From NCBI GenBank assembly GCA_964016885.1, contig CAXHJY010001754.1, positions 10,096 to 74,095 on the forward strand: a DNA stretch of 64,000 bases. The letters run 5' to 3'. The notes below the pieces were generated by a model. That model was not told the origin of the DNA. It did not search any database and saw only the letters and a program-made list of their open reading frames with translations. Each line of letters starts with the position of its first letter. Position 1 is the first letter of the stretch. Source of the stretch: Eledone cirrhosa. Its lineage: Eukaryota. Shown here piece by piece: positions 14,859-29,921 of the stretch. The translations under genes were made by a program, and so were the position numbers.

Positions 14859-15240
14859 CCAGTGTAGCAGTAAATAGTGACCAGAATTTATGATGACGTA
14901 TAAAAACAACAGCAAATGGCATGACAAGAGTGAAAGATGTTTTTTGAAGGTGTTTTTTGACGATAACACCCCAGTGAAAAAATTTGGTCCGAAAGAATTG
15001 CATGTATCCGAAGGAACCTGCAGCCGTAGAATCAGCCAGATCCATACAGTGATCATGTCTCGAGCTACCTGCCGGCGAAACAATTGTAACACGCAATAAA
15101 CTGAGTCCAGATGCATCACTGATTTTTCGTTTTTTTATACTATATATATGTATTTATATATATGGAATACTGTTAGCTTATCGCTAAAACAATTTCTATA
15201 TCTTTCATTTATATAATTTCTATACCTTTTCATTTATATG

Positions 15241-15325
<85 letters not shown>

Positions 15326-15742
15326 CATAAGAATATATATATATAAATATATAAATATACATCTATCAATGAATTCTTCTAGCCGTGTTACAATAAATAT
15401 ATATACAAACTTTCGGTACGGGATAAATTTTCTTTGTTTTTTTCAAGAACGTATTTATTCAGATTTTGACGAAAATTCATAGCTAGCTAAACCTAGATAA
15501 ATAAAAATACATAAAAATAGAAAAAAATTTCCCATAATTTATATTTTCTATTTCAGAACCTGAAAGTAAGGAAGCAACATTTTCTAGACATTATGTCTTG
15601 CAGCAACCAATTTCCATGCGTGTTGCGAACATGTATCATCTGTTTTCGCTTGCGTTTACAAGTCAGCAGACACTTGGTTGCCGTTGTGTTTTGACTGGTC
15701 ATTTACATCAAAATTAAGTTTTTATTGTGTGGGGTTTATATA

Positions 15743-15779
<37 letters not shown>

Positions 15780-15796
15780 AAAAGTTTTTATTGTGT

Positions 15797-15862
<66 letters not shown>

Positions 15863-15923
15863 CACACACACAAAAATACAAAAAAAATACACACAAATAC
15901 AAATGTATACATATACACACAAA

Positions 15924-15969
<46 letters not shown>

Positions 15970-16102
15970 ATATATATATATATATATATCACTCATTCGG
16001 ATCAAGAATATATCCTTTTCCATAAACTATTTCTCCCCAAAAAATATTTATCTATAGAAACATTATGAATGTATGTAGGTATAAAGATATATATATACAC
16101 AT

Positions 16103-16195
<93 letters not shown>

Positions 16196-16198
16196 TAT

Positions 16199-16322
<124 letters not shown>

Positions 16323-16334
16323 ACATATATATAT

Positions 16335-16371
<37 letters not shown>

Positions 16372-16559
16372 TTACATTGTTCTTTTTTCTTATGTTTGAT
16401 CATTGCTGCCATTTTTTTTTTGAATTTTTGATTTTGTTGTTGTTTGTTTCTTGTGTTTTGGCTGCCATTTGTTGGAAGAGAAGCTGCGTGCACGTAAAAG
16501 TTTAAAACTAATTAGAAAACATAGAGACTGTAAATCACAGCTGTATCATTTAACACGGC

Positions 16560-16994
16560 TGTACAGTGACAGAGTGTCGTGAGGGGGAGGGGGAGGGGGA
16601 GAGAGGAGAGAGAGACACAGAGAGGAGAGAGGAAAGAGAGGTTTGTACCATGATAGAGTGCCGTGAGAGGGAGGGGGAGAGGGGAGAGAGACACAGAGAG
16701 GAGAGAGGAAAGACAGGTTGTGCCATGATAGAGTGTCGTGAGAGGGAGGGGTAGAGAGGAGAGAGGAGAGAGACAGACAGACAGAGACAGAGAGAGAGAG
16801 AGGAGAGAGGAAAGAGAAGTTGTACTATGACGGAGTGTCGTTAGAGAGAGAGAGAGAGAGAGGTTGTACCATTATAGAGTGTCGAGGTAGAGGGAGAGAG
16901 ATAGAGAGAGAGAGAGAGAGTAAAAGACAGTGGTAAAGTGTCGTGTAAGAGAGAGAGAGAGAGGTTGTACCATTATAGAGTGTCGCAGTAGAGG

Positions 16995-17035
<41 letters not shown>

Positions 17036-17233
17036 AAAGACAGTGGTAAAGTGTCATGTAAGAGAGAGAGACAGAGGTTGTACCATTATAGAGTGTCGAG
17101 GTAGAGGGAGAGAGAGAGTGAGAGAGAGAGTAAAAGACAGTGGTAAAATGTCATGTAAGAGAGAGAGAGAGACATTTTTACAACGACAGTGTCATGTAGG
17201 AATGATAGAGATAGAAAGATAGATAGATAGATA

Positions 17234-17280
<47 letters not shown>

Positions 17281-17358
17281 GAGAGTAAAAGACAGTGGTA
17301 AAGTGTCATGTAAGAGAGAGAGAGAGAGACAGAGGTTGTACCATTATAGAGTGTCGAG

Positions 17359-17392
<34 letters not shown>

Positions 17393-17469
17393 AAAGACAT
17401 TGGTAAAGTGTCATGTAAGAGAGAGAGAGAGAGACAGAGGTTGTACCATTATAGAGTGTCGAGGTAGAG

Positions 17470-17527
<58 letters not shown>

Positions 17528-17616
17528 AAAGACAGTGGTAAAGTGTCATGTAAGAGAGAGAGAGAGACATTTTTACAACGACAGTGTCATGTAGGAATGA
17601 TAGAGATAGAAAGATA

Positions 17617-17683
<67 letters not shown>

Positions 17684-17690
17684 GAGACTG
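16560..17690. repeat. Higher-order GA-microsatellite-based tandem repeat
   Basis: Recurrent spacers GAGGTTGTACCATTATAGAGTGTCGAGGTAG and TAAAAGACAGTGGTAAAGTGTCATGTAAG between (GA)n runs. Confidence 0.9.
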
Positions 17691-18011
17691 TGCCATATGT
17701 GAGAGACAGGGCAAAGAGTTAAAGTATGCTAGATCTATAGAGAAAGGAGAAAAACATATGACAAGTTAATACCAGAGTAGAAAACGTTAAACCAGTTTTC
17801 TCCTTTAAATTGATGTTGATATTAAGATGTTGATATGGAAACTAATCTATATTTCTACATTATTTTGACTTTTTATTTTCACTTCCTTCGTCTTCTTTTA
17901 TTTATTTAATCATTTTCTTCTGGTTTGAGGTTCCTCTTTTCAAATTTTCCTATTTTTTTGCAACCCACTTTTTTTTATTTATAAATGAATAATTTTTTAA
18001 TAATCATTTTT

Positions 18012-18062
<51 letters not shown>

Positions 18063-18114
18063 TATGATATAAAATAATATAATATAGATATATATGTATA
18101 TATATAATATTATA

Positions 18115-18154
<40 letters not shown>

Positions 18155-18212
18155 TATGATATAAAATAATATAATATATATATATATGTATATATATAAT
18201 ATTATATTATAT

Positions 18213-18248
<36 letters not shown>

Positions 18249-18256
18249 TTATATAT

Positions 18257-18289
<33 letters not shown>

Positions 18290-18854
18290 ATATAATATAA
18301 TATAATATTAATATTATATATATATGTAAATAAATATATATATATATATAATATATATATTTCATATATATATATATTTATATTTATATATATATATATG
18401 GAGGGAGAGAGAGATAACATATGCATGTATATATATATATATATATATATATATGTCTATAGCATGAATTTCCAAATCATTACTCAGAGTACTGACCCCT
18501 AAGTTCAAGAATTAACGTTTATATCATTAGTTAGCAAACGTTGTCTTTTCTTTATTTTTCAGATTTATTCTTTATTTCTTGTAGCTGAAACCATTCTTTT
18601 CTTCTTTTTTCCAATAATTTCTCTTAAAATTTTATTTTCTCTATTTTTTATGACACTTCATCATTAAGAAAGCATCTTAATGAGTTAACAATATCTTGTT
18701 TGTTAACTCATTAGCAAAGCAGGAGAATGATAAATGAAGCAGATTTGCATAGTAATAAATGGGATGAGACACGTTTTTCATTTCATCCAAAATTTCATAC
18801 AACTTCAATTTGATGAATAATATTTTATCCGTCATATAATATAACATAATGGGT

Positions 18855-19520
18855 TATGATTTATGCTCAAGGCCAATAAATTTGGAGGTCGGTAAGAGGA
18901 GAAAGTCGATTAAATCAACCCCAGTATGTTACTGGTACTTTATTTTATCGACTCTGTAAAAATGAAAGGCAAAGCTAACCTCGGTGGGATTTGACAATAA
19001 TATCATTGTAATCAGAGCTGGTAAGCAGAAGGTCTTCAGAGAAGAAACTCCGCAACTCCTCTTGCGAGTGTTTCGGCCCACATTATCATCTTAACAAATA
19101 ATTGTTTCTACTTTTGGCACAAGGCCAGCAATTACCCAGTGCATTACTGGTACTTTATTTTATCGACCCGGTAGGGATGAAAGGCAAAGTTAACAAATAA
19201 TGATTTCTACTATAGGCACAAGGCCAAAACATTTGGGAGGAGAGGAGGAAGTCTACCCCAGTGCATTACTGGTACTTTATTTTATCGACCCCGTAAAGAT
19301 AAAAGGCAAAGCTAACCTCAACAGGATTTGGTTTCTGATTTAAGCACATGGTCAACAATTTGGGGGGGGGAGGAGAAAGACGATTAAATCGACTCCAGTG
19401 TGTTACTGGTACTTTATTTTATCGACTTCGTAAGGATGAAAAGACAAAGCAAACCTTGACGAGATTTGAACTCAGAACGTGAAAGAACCTAACTATATGC
19501 TGCAAAGCATGTTTTCCGAC
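18855..19520 (-). mobile_element. Cluster of four partial/diverged SINE copies
   Basis: Four ACTGGTACTTTATTTTATCGAC cores (~18931, ~19147, ~19268, ~19405). Confidence 0.85.
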
Positions 19521-19612
19521 GCTTTACATATATACCGGCAAACATACACACATACATATGTGTGTGTATATGTATATGTGAGAGAGGGGAGAGAGTGAGA
19601 GAGAGAGAGAGG

Positions 19613-19707
<95 letters not shown>

Positions 19708-20824
19708 AACCCTTATCCTACTCTAGGAATTCTTTATATCTTTCACCTAAGGAAAATTTATATTCTCTCTCTGTTTGTTTGTTTTTTTTTGTTTATGTTT
19801 TTTTTTTTGTCTTGTATTTTTGTTTTTATTTTACTTCTTACATTTTCCGGTTTCATTATTTCATTCTTTATCTTTCATAAATATGATAAAAATACCCCAG
19901 TATGGCCACATCCAACAGGACAACCACTGAACTACTGTACAAGAATTTCAGAACACAAGCATATACATTGCATTTTATTAAGGAAAGGGGGTTATTTTCC
20001 ACAGAAATTCTAGAAGAATTAATGTATTTTCGCACTAATAATGATTCCTTCATTCAGATAATAATAAATAACAAATAAAATATATTAAATATATTAAAAT
20101 AAGACAAAAACAAACAAATATAGAATGTCATCTTAATGGCGTCTTTCATAAGTGTAATGGTTAATATCTAAGCTCTCTCGTCGTTGACTCCTTTTTGACT
20201 TTACATTATTTGGTATAGAACGTTTGAAATTCGAAGATGGAACCTAAGAAGAAATGAAATAAGCCGCTTAATGAAAGGCGGATATTGTTAATAATGGCTA
20301 GCACTTCCTCCTACTACTACTCTTCACCTCTCTCCTCACCTCTCTCCTCCTACTCCTTTCTCATGAGATTTCTTTGATCGGATTATTTAGATAGAGAGAT
20401 TTTCAAACTACGTGGTACTATAGAACATGTTTTGCTGGCGACATCACGTCACATCAGCGAGAGTTTAACGGCGAGACTCTACAAGAGATATCGAGGAAGA
20501 GAGAGAAAACTTAAGAGACAAAAGTTGAACTGAATGTGAGAGTGTGAAAGTGAGAGGGGGTTGGAGGTAGAGAGGGAGAGAGTGTGTGTGTGTGTGTGAA
20601 TGAGAGAGAGAAAAGGAGAGAAGAGAAAGAGAGAGAGTGAATGAGAGAGAGAGAGTCTGTGAATGGGAGATAAATAGCGTGAATGAGAGAGAGAATGAGA
20701 GAGAAGACGAGAGAGAAGAGAAAGAGAGAGTGAATGAGAGAGACAGTGTCTGTGAATGAAAGAGAGGGGTAGTGTGAATGGGAGAGAGAAAGAAAGAGAT
20801 GAGAAAGAAGAGAAAGAAAGAGTG

Positions 20825-20892
<68 letters not shown>

Positions 20893-21091
20893 AGAAATGG
20901 AGAAGGGGAGTGAGGAGAAGGAGTAGAGAGAGAGGGGAGAGTGGGGGAAGTGAGATAGAGAGAGAGAAGGAGAGGGGTGGAGAGAAAGAGAGACAGATAG
21001 AGGAGAGAGAAGAGGAAACAGATGGGGAGAGAGAGGAAGTGAGAGATAGAGGAAAGAGATGGGGAGGGAGAGGAAGTCAGAGAGAGAGGGG

Positions 21092-21136
<45 letters not shown>

Positions 21137-21239
21137 TATTTCTTTATTTACCATAAAGGCATAAAAAGAAGGGACAAATACAAAGGGGGAGTTTACATAC
21201 AATCGAGTAAAAAGGGATAGATAGATAGATAGATAGATT

Positions 21240-21359
<120 letters not shown>

Positions 21360-21704
21360 CCTTTCACTGTAGCAAATCATTATATGTTAACAACAGGAAA
21401 CTGTTGTCATTTCTTCGCCAAAGTGATGACCCATTTTCATCAGGTTCTGAATGTAGCTAATTGTTAAAGTATTTTCAAGGATTAAAGCGGCCGAAATGAA
21501 AGCCTGCTGTGAGCAGACAGCATAGTGTGACGTCAGATAACATGTTTACATGATTTAAAGCTGATCTCAACGAAGTACACATCATGTTGCACGCTCGGAG
21601 TTGTAATCATTTAATGAACACAACCCACCTACGTACACACTAACCAAACACGTCACTAACAAATACACACTTTCACACACATAGAGATAAATATATATAG
21701 CTAG

Positions 21705-21835
<131 letters not shown>

Positions 21836-21947
21836 TTATATGTGTTATAGTTTCATATTTAGATACATGCACAGATATATCTGTATACCTATTTATCAAA
21901 CTATATATCTGTGTGAATACACAAAACACCCACGCATACACACACAG

Positions 21948-22066
<119 letters not shown>

Positions 22067-22151
22067 GCAATATTAACACCAAATACAAAAAAACCACGGT
22101 CATCAGCTGACGAAATGAACGTACACAGTTTCAACACCTACCGACGGTAAA

Positions 22152-22225
22152 GCTGGTCTACTCTGGTCTACTCTGGTCTACCCTCGTCTACTCTGGTCCA
22201 CCCTGTTCCACCCTGTTCCACTCTG
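22152..22225. repeat. 10-bp tandem repeat (CTGGTCTACT-like) x7
   Basis: Direct inspection. Confidence 0.85.
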
Positions 22226-23659
22226 ATTTATGGAATTGACCCAAACACTTTCCCTGAGTATTTTACAAGTGAAAAACGAAACAGTATTTACGAAAAATTA
22301 GATATTAGATATACAACATTTATGGCCAACAATTCGAGACGAAGAAGGTCAGTTAGAGGTATGGGGACAAATAGAAACACAGAGCCATAACTGTTTGAGT
22401 GGATGAGAAACCGTAAAGAATGATAGGACTCTCCCCTGCACCGCCACCATCAACCCTATCACTACCAACAGCCCTACCCCCATCAGATTCATCTCCAATC
22501 CCATCACGACCACCACCACCATCATCAGCCCCCATCATGACGACCACCACCACTATCACCACCACCACCACCACCACCACCATCACCATCACCACCCTTA
22601 CAACCATCATCACCACCACCACTACCATCACCAACACCACCATCATCACCATCACCATCACTACCACCTCCTTCATACACCACAACGGTTAACGATATCC
22701 CCTAACTAGTCGGTATAGCAATGGGGTTTTCATGGTAGGCGGGAACATGTCACACGTGTAGAGACTTCAAGTCGCCATCTTGTCCACTAAATCTTTCTAA
22801 TCATTCATGTTGAATTTTCCTCTTGTTTCTTGTTTCTTGTTTCTTGTTCATTTTATTGTTGTCGTTTTGTTTGCTTCTTTTTCTATGTTTGTTAATTTCT
22901 GATCTTAGTAAACACTATCATATACATAATAACATACAAACATACATATTATACATAACATACAAACATACACACATAAGATACAAACATACACACATAA
23001 ACATACACAGTGTAGGTACTTAAAAAACACACCCAAAACAGCGAAATCTCACAAACTATAAACAGTAGATTTATTAATTCCTCTTTAGAACGTTTCATCT
23101 CCATTTCTATCTCATGTTTATTGATGTTGTTGTAAAAATATTGAAATATTGATGTAAAGATATAATAAAATATAATTTTCTTATACGTTTTCTTATATTT
23201 GGGGAGGGTCATGTTATCCTAACATTGCCAGAATAATACAGTAAAACACACTCACTGTTTGGGTTGGTTTTCGCTTCAGTATATTTTTACATTTCTATAA
23301 ATAATTTAACTGGCAATCAATGTTTACCATTGACTGACCAACAATTAAAAATATAAATATAGTTTTTCAATATTTCTGGCAATATTAAGACAACATGACC
23401 CTCCACAAATATAACAATATATTTATAGAAATTTCGTATTTCTAAAGAAATACGGTAAACATACTGTATTTCTTTAAAAATATGAAATTTATATACATAT
23501 CTGTATACAGCTATGCTTGAAGCTAAATCCTATTTCTATAACAATATATGTTTCAATACACGAATCCATATCAAAAACTTTACAAAACAAATACAACGTT
23601 GCTGATATGGTTTCATTTTAGTTAAAAGGCATTGCAATGCTTTGTCATCTTGACAAAGT

Positions 23660-23900
23660 CACCATTGTATGATATTTCAACTTTCAGGTTCGATAAATTC
23701 CCCTCCCTTGCCTGTGTTGTCATTTCTGGTGCTACACCTGAATACTGGAGTTTCCATCCAAATCTACAGTACCAGAGCCACGGGACTTTGTTATTGAGGA
23801 AACAACGACTAGATCTAACTGGTAACATTTTGACTCTTCCACAAGTTCTTCCTCCTTACCTATAAGGGCTCTGGCGTTCCGGGTTCCAATTGTTACGGTT
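23660..23900 (-). mobile_element. RTE-clade LINE APE endonuclease N-terminal fragment
   Basis: Minus strand: GTRNARALIGKEEELVEESKCYQLDLVVVSSITKSRGSGTVDL..(fs)GWKLQYSGVA, matching the APE motif I GTWNVxSLxGKExEL...Y-x-LD-(I/L)V...WxLxYSGV. Confidence 0.75.
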
Positions 23901-24160
23901 TGATCCCTCTCAAACCCTCCTTGGGGATCTCGGGGTACGCAATATAATAATTACCATGCAACAGGTTGATCGATATATTTAACTGATTCTTATGTCTAAA
24001 CTTTGTGATCTGAAGTCTAAGAAACCAATACGATTTGGTGCTTGTTTTAAAAGCACAAAGTAATTATATATATGTGAGTGTGTTCTGTTATTATTTCTGG
24101 CAATATTACAACAATATGACCGTCCCCAAGTATAACAATATATATATATATATATATATA

Positions 24161-24404
24161 TAGGAACCAGTAGGACCCCGACAGCTGAGCTCAAGCCGTT
24201 TCGACGGCTAATTCTGGACTGAAAAAAAAAAAAAAAAAAAATCATTTTTTTTTTTTTTTTTTTTTTTAGTCCAGAATTAGCCGTCGAAACGGCTTGAGCT
24301 CAGCTGTCGAGGTCCTACTGGTTCCTATTACCCACTCTACTACCTCAAGTATTGAGTACTTTGGTGCGTTATGGTCCACCTGGTTCCTTACCACATTTCC
24401 TTCG

Positions 24405-24407
<3 letters not shown>
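24161..24407 (+). mobile_element. Fold-back PLE-derived element, family A, in (TA)n
   Basis: ~60-bp inverted arms plus A/T-run centre (24161-24327) and an 80-bp tail; same element at 49929 and 60409; contains HHR 3' half GAAACGGCT-tgagctc-AGCTGTC. Confidence 0.75.
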
Positions 24408-24491
<84 letters not shown>

Positions 24492-24629
24492 CAAAAGGGA
24501 TATTCAATTTGTTGTTAATTCAACAAATATAAATGTTTATAACTTATTTAGAGCACTCGACACATTTTCTGGAGTATAATGTTCAATGATATTAAATAAA
24601 TGGAAACTATATTTATAAAACCATATTTA

Positions 24630-24688
24630 TTCTATTATATATATATTTCAAGGTTACCAAAACTTTGGTACGCTTTCATCAGATAAAA
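24630..24688 (-). ncRNA. Minimal type I hammerhead ribozyme
   Basis: rc: ttttat CTGATGA aagcgtacca aagttt tggtaacctt GAAA tatatatATA atagaa. Confidence 0.65.
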
Positions 24689-24788
24689 TACAAAGTTTGT
24701 TTTAGAAACTTTGACATAGCCAAGAAAAGATACCTTAACGGTTCAGGTTTTCCTAGGTTATGTCAAAATTTATAAAACAAACTTTGTA

Positions 24789-24845
24789 TTTTATCTGATG
24801 AAAGTGTACCAAAGTTTTGGTACTCTTGAAATATATATAATGGAA
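24789..24845 (+). ncRNA. Minimal type I hammerhead ribozyme
   Basis: ttttat CTGATGA aagtgtacca aagttt tggtactctt GAAA tatatATA atggaa: all core nucleotides present, stems I and II pair, palindromic stem III, AUA triplet. Confidence 0.75.
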
Positions 24846-24887
24846 TAAATATGGTTTTATAAATATAGTTTCCATTTATTTAATATC

Positions 24888-24987
<100 letters not shown>

Positions 24988-25373
24988 CATACATACATAC
25001 ATGTATATGTTATACATACATATACATATATACATATATACATATATACATATATGTGTTTCTCTCCCTCTCTATATATATATATATACATATATATGTT
25101 TCTATATATATACATATATACATATATATGTTTATATGTTTATACTAAATACATGCACACACACATGCACACACAAACACACACATATATTAATATGTGT
25201 GTGTATGTGTATGTGTGTGCATTTAATTAAAATCCTAACTAAAGTCCTACGTAACAAGATTCAGGGAAAGTGTGAATAACAAAACAACAGGAAGAGGAGA
25301 GAGAGAGAGATGGGAAGAGAGAGACAGAGAGAATGTGTGAGAGAGACCGATAGCGAATTCGATAGAAAGGGAA

Positions 25374-25455
<82 letters not shown>

Positions 25456-25760
25456 GGAGAGAGTAAGAGTGTTATAGTAGAAACGAAAAGAAAATAACTT
25501 GTTTTTTGTAAACTCTGGAATGATTGACATAAAGTCATAAAATTAGAAGGAATAAAAATCTCATCGTGAGGTGAGGAAAGGTTAAGTAAATTAAATTCTA
25601 CGTAATTAGGAATATACACCACATTATATACACTCATACATATACATACATATATGTATATGTATATGTATATGTAAATATATATGTATATGTATATATG
25701 TATGTATATATATAAACAATGAGTTATATCGTTTGTTGATTAGATTATTCAACAGAGTTA

Positions 25761-25812
<52 letters not shown>

Positions 25813-25885
25813 GTATATATATAAATATATACATACATATATACATATACGCACACATATATATATACATGTATATATATATTTG

Positions 25886-25963
<78 letters not shown>

Positions 25964-25987
25964 TATATATATATATATATTTGTATA

Positions 25988-26089
<102 letters not shown>

Positions 26090-26129
26090 CACATATATAT
26101 ATATGTATATATATATTTGTATATATATG

Positions 26130-26245
<116 letters not shown>

Positions 26246-26309
26246 TATAATAGTAATACACTGGAGGGTTATATACTACTTATATATATATATATATATA
26301 TATATACAG

Positions 26310-26718
26310 ATGGGAGAGATGACCCCTTAGCCTTTGTCAACGCAGAATTCTAGGAGAAGGAAAACTCTGATATAACACCTGCAACTCTGATGGTATCCAA
26401 TGTTGTTGACTTGTTCTTCTTTTTGGTAAATATCATGTTGGTTAAGAGAGTGGGACTGGCTTTGTGCAGTGACTTTGCTCACTATAAAAGCTTCACGGCA
26501 CAGGCATTGCTTTATATCTGGAGATCTCTCTGCACTTGTCGTCACATGGTACCATGGGCCCAGCACTATGTGTCAATAATTGTCACAAGTGTAGTGTTTG
26601 TACCAGACTTTTCAAGTCGCTGGCTGGACTAAAAAGTCACACTCGTTCAGCGCATCGGTAGGGGTTCTCCTACATGGATATAAAGTAGTGGCCGTACTCG
26701 AAAACGAGTTGGCAGCCA

Positions 26719-26720
<2 letters not shown>
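26310..26720 (+). mobile_element. RTE-like LINE 3' end with C-terminal C2H2 finger; 5' part inverted relative to the second copy
   Basis: 26581-26661 encodes [26 protein letters not shown]; near-identical copy at 58517-58812. Confidence 0.7.
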
Positions 26721-26762
<42 letters not shown>

Positions 26763-26927
26763 GCTTTTTTATATTCTTTTGATTTTCTCCTCTTCTGAAG
26801 TTCTAACATTTCTTCTCTCTGTCGGTTTCTTCTTCTTCTCTTTTATATTCTTACTTTTCTCTCCCTACAATCCAATTATTTTATTTTTCCTTCGAATCTT
26901 CAATTCCTATTTTCATTAACCATTAAA

Positions 26928-27032
26928 TCTTCTTCTTCTTCTTCTTCTTCTTCTTCTTCTTCTTCTTCTTCTTCTTCTTCTTCTTCTTCTTCTTCTTCTT
27001 CTTCTTCTTCTTCTTCTTCTTCTTCTTCTTCT
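26928..27032. repeat. (CTT)n microsatellite
   Basis: Direct inspection. Confidence 0.95.
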
Positions 27033-27721
27033 TTACCACATTTACTCCTCTCTTTACCACACTTACATTCTCCACCTTCATTTTCTTCTACATTTTCATT
27101 TTATTATTTTTGGCATTTCACAGCAACTTTTTCTTCTTTTCCTCCTTCTTCTTAGTCTCACCCCTCCCTCCCCTATAATCCCCCCTACCCTATCTCCTCC
27201 CTATTTCTATTACATAGCTAGACATTTTTTCCTTATATTTTTTTTCCTTCCTACAACATTTATGTCCCTTGGACATTTTTTTACATTTTCTCTATTTTTC
27301 CATTTAACCTAGCATATACGCCGTCCTATCCTGTTTTATTTGTCTACGAGTTTCTTTTTACTTCTTAACGTCCTTCATTCACCTAATTTCATGTTTTGTA
27401 TATATTTTGTTTAAGTTCAATTAGGAAGAAAATATATTAAGAAATGTCTACTCTATCTAATTCTTGTTTCATTCGTATATTTTTGTGATTTAATTATTTG
27501 TTTGTTTTGAAATAGAAAAAAAAGAAACAACCTCTTAACTTTTGTTTTTCGGCATTATTGTATTTTATTGTATTTTATTTTATTTTATTTTAAATATTAT
27601 GGTTCTGTTCTGATATATTTAACCTCCCCCATCACCATCTCCCCCCATCTTCATCTCCTCCCCACTATCACCAACAGCAACAACACCAACACCACAGCTG
27701 TCATGTACATATGTATGTATG

Positions 27722-27753
<32 letters not shown>

Positions 27754-27810
27754 TAATATATATATATATACGTATATATATGTATGTGTGTGTATATATA
27801 TATATATATG

Positions 27811-27851
<41 letters not shown>

Positions 27852-27913
27852 TATATATATACGTATATATATGTATGTGCGTGTATATATATATATATAT
27901 ATGTATATATATT

Positions 27914-28077
<164 letters not shown>

Positions 28078-28525
28078 CACAATCATTTACTTACTTGCTA
28101 TTCCGTTTCCATTTTATATTTTATACATCATTTTAATGTTGCTCGGTGTTACATGTAGTAGGGTGTTAGATGTATAATATATATATATATAAGGTAATTG
28201 TATATATATAATATATATATACAATTGCCTTACGGCTGATTACTGCTTCGATAGAGCGAAGTCAACAAATATCCCTGGGGAGTTCCAGAAATCAATTAAA
28301 CTTGGAGTTTGGGTTGAAGCCCGAGTGGTGTCAAAGAAATTCACTTTTTCTCTTTGGTTATTTTCTGTTATTGTTGTTGTTGTTCTTCTGTTTATTTTGT
28401 GGTGTTTTTTTTTGTGTGTGTGTGTGTTTTTTTTTGTGGGGTTGGTGTTTTTTTGTTGGAGGCATTTCTTCCATGTTGGTGTTTTTTTATCTTCTTGTTG
28501 TTGCTTATCTACTTCTTAAAATTCT

Positions 28526-28737
28526 TATATTATATTATATTATATTATATTATATTATATTATATTATATTATATTATATTATATTATATTATATTTTAT
28601 TATATTATATTTTATTATATTATATTATATTATATTATATTATATTATATTATATTATATTATACGGGGTCGATAAAATAAAGTACCAGTAATGCACTGG
28701 TTAATTGATGGCCTTGTGCCAAAAGTAGAAACAATTA
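28526..28737 (+). repeat. (TATAT)n pentanucleotide run followed by SINE 3' fragment (28665-28737)
   Basis: Direct inspection; GGGGTCGATAAAATAAAGTACC tail. Confidence 0.85.
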
Positions 28738-28851
28738 TATTATATTGTATTATATTATATTGTGATGTTATGTTATGTTATACTACGTTATGTTTCTCTG
28801 TATATATATATATACATACATATGTATATATATATATACACATATATATAA

Positions 28852-28896
<45 letters not shown>

Positions 28897-29586
28897 TAGG
28901 TTTGAAAAATACAATGAATGACGTTTTGGTTATTTTGAAAGTTTTTGTATTAATGTGCCAAGTAATTTATTTGATGATTATATATTTTTGTTTACTGTGT
29001 GTGTGTGTGTGTGGTTGTGTGTGTGTGTGTGGGGGGGGTGCGTGCGCGCATGTGTGTGTGTGTGAGAAAGAGAGAGACACTCTGTGTGTGTGTGTATATA
29101 TGTACGTATGTATGTATATGCAAATATATACATATAGAGAGATAAAAATTAGCTTGGTCCCTCCCCACACTAAAATACATTGTCATATTTGATATTTGAA
29201 GGGCTCAGAGTTATAATTATACCAGTTGTAAATGTTATACCCTTGAGACAAATAAATTATTTTTATGTTTGCTGGGTTTTTTTCCTCATTTTTCTCTACT
29301 AAAACTCTTGCAATATTTAATCACCCGTTAGCTACTGTTCAATAACTGATATGATATTTTTTTTAGTTTTACTATCATTACTTATTTTCACTGATATTAT
29401 TTTTCCACATTCGCACAAAGTAACACATTTGATGTAACTAGATAGAAAAGATTACATTGACCTCAATAAACGTGTTGTTGTTATATTATTGACATGGTGT
29501 GACCTCTGGGGTAGATGGTGTCGAAAAACCAAATAGTGTCAGACATTTTATATAGCTCTGAGTTACCATTCCTGCCAGAAATATTA

Positions 29587-29810
29587 ATAATTGTTTCTAC
29601 TCTTGGCGCAGGGCCAGCAATTTGAATGCAAGGGGGGGGGGGCAATTAAATCGATCTCAGTGTATTACTGGTACTTTATTTTATCGACTCCGTAAGGATG
29701 AAAAGCGAAGCTTAGCTTGGCGAGATTTGAACTCAGATAGCAGGGAGTCGGACCGATTACCACAAACCACTCTATCCGATGCTCTAACGACCCAAGCCAA
29801 TTCGCCGCCT
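29587..29810 (-). mobile_element. Diverged full-length SINE copy
   Basis: Core, B-box and tail recognisable. Confidence 0.8.
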
Positions 29811-29921
29811 TCCAATGGGTCTTACAGAGAAGAGATTTTGAGAGGTCATGCATGCTGTTGCAGTAATTGTATCCTTGTAATTACGTTGCAGAGTTTCTAC
29901 TTCTATAATTGTCACAATGAT

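Noticed and set aside
23688-23821. Apparent + strand exon (AG...GT, open frame)
   Set aside because: Better explained as the antisense of an RTE APE-domain fragment
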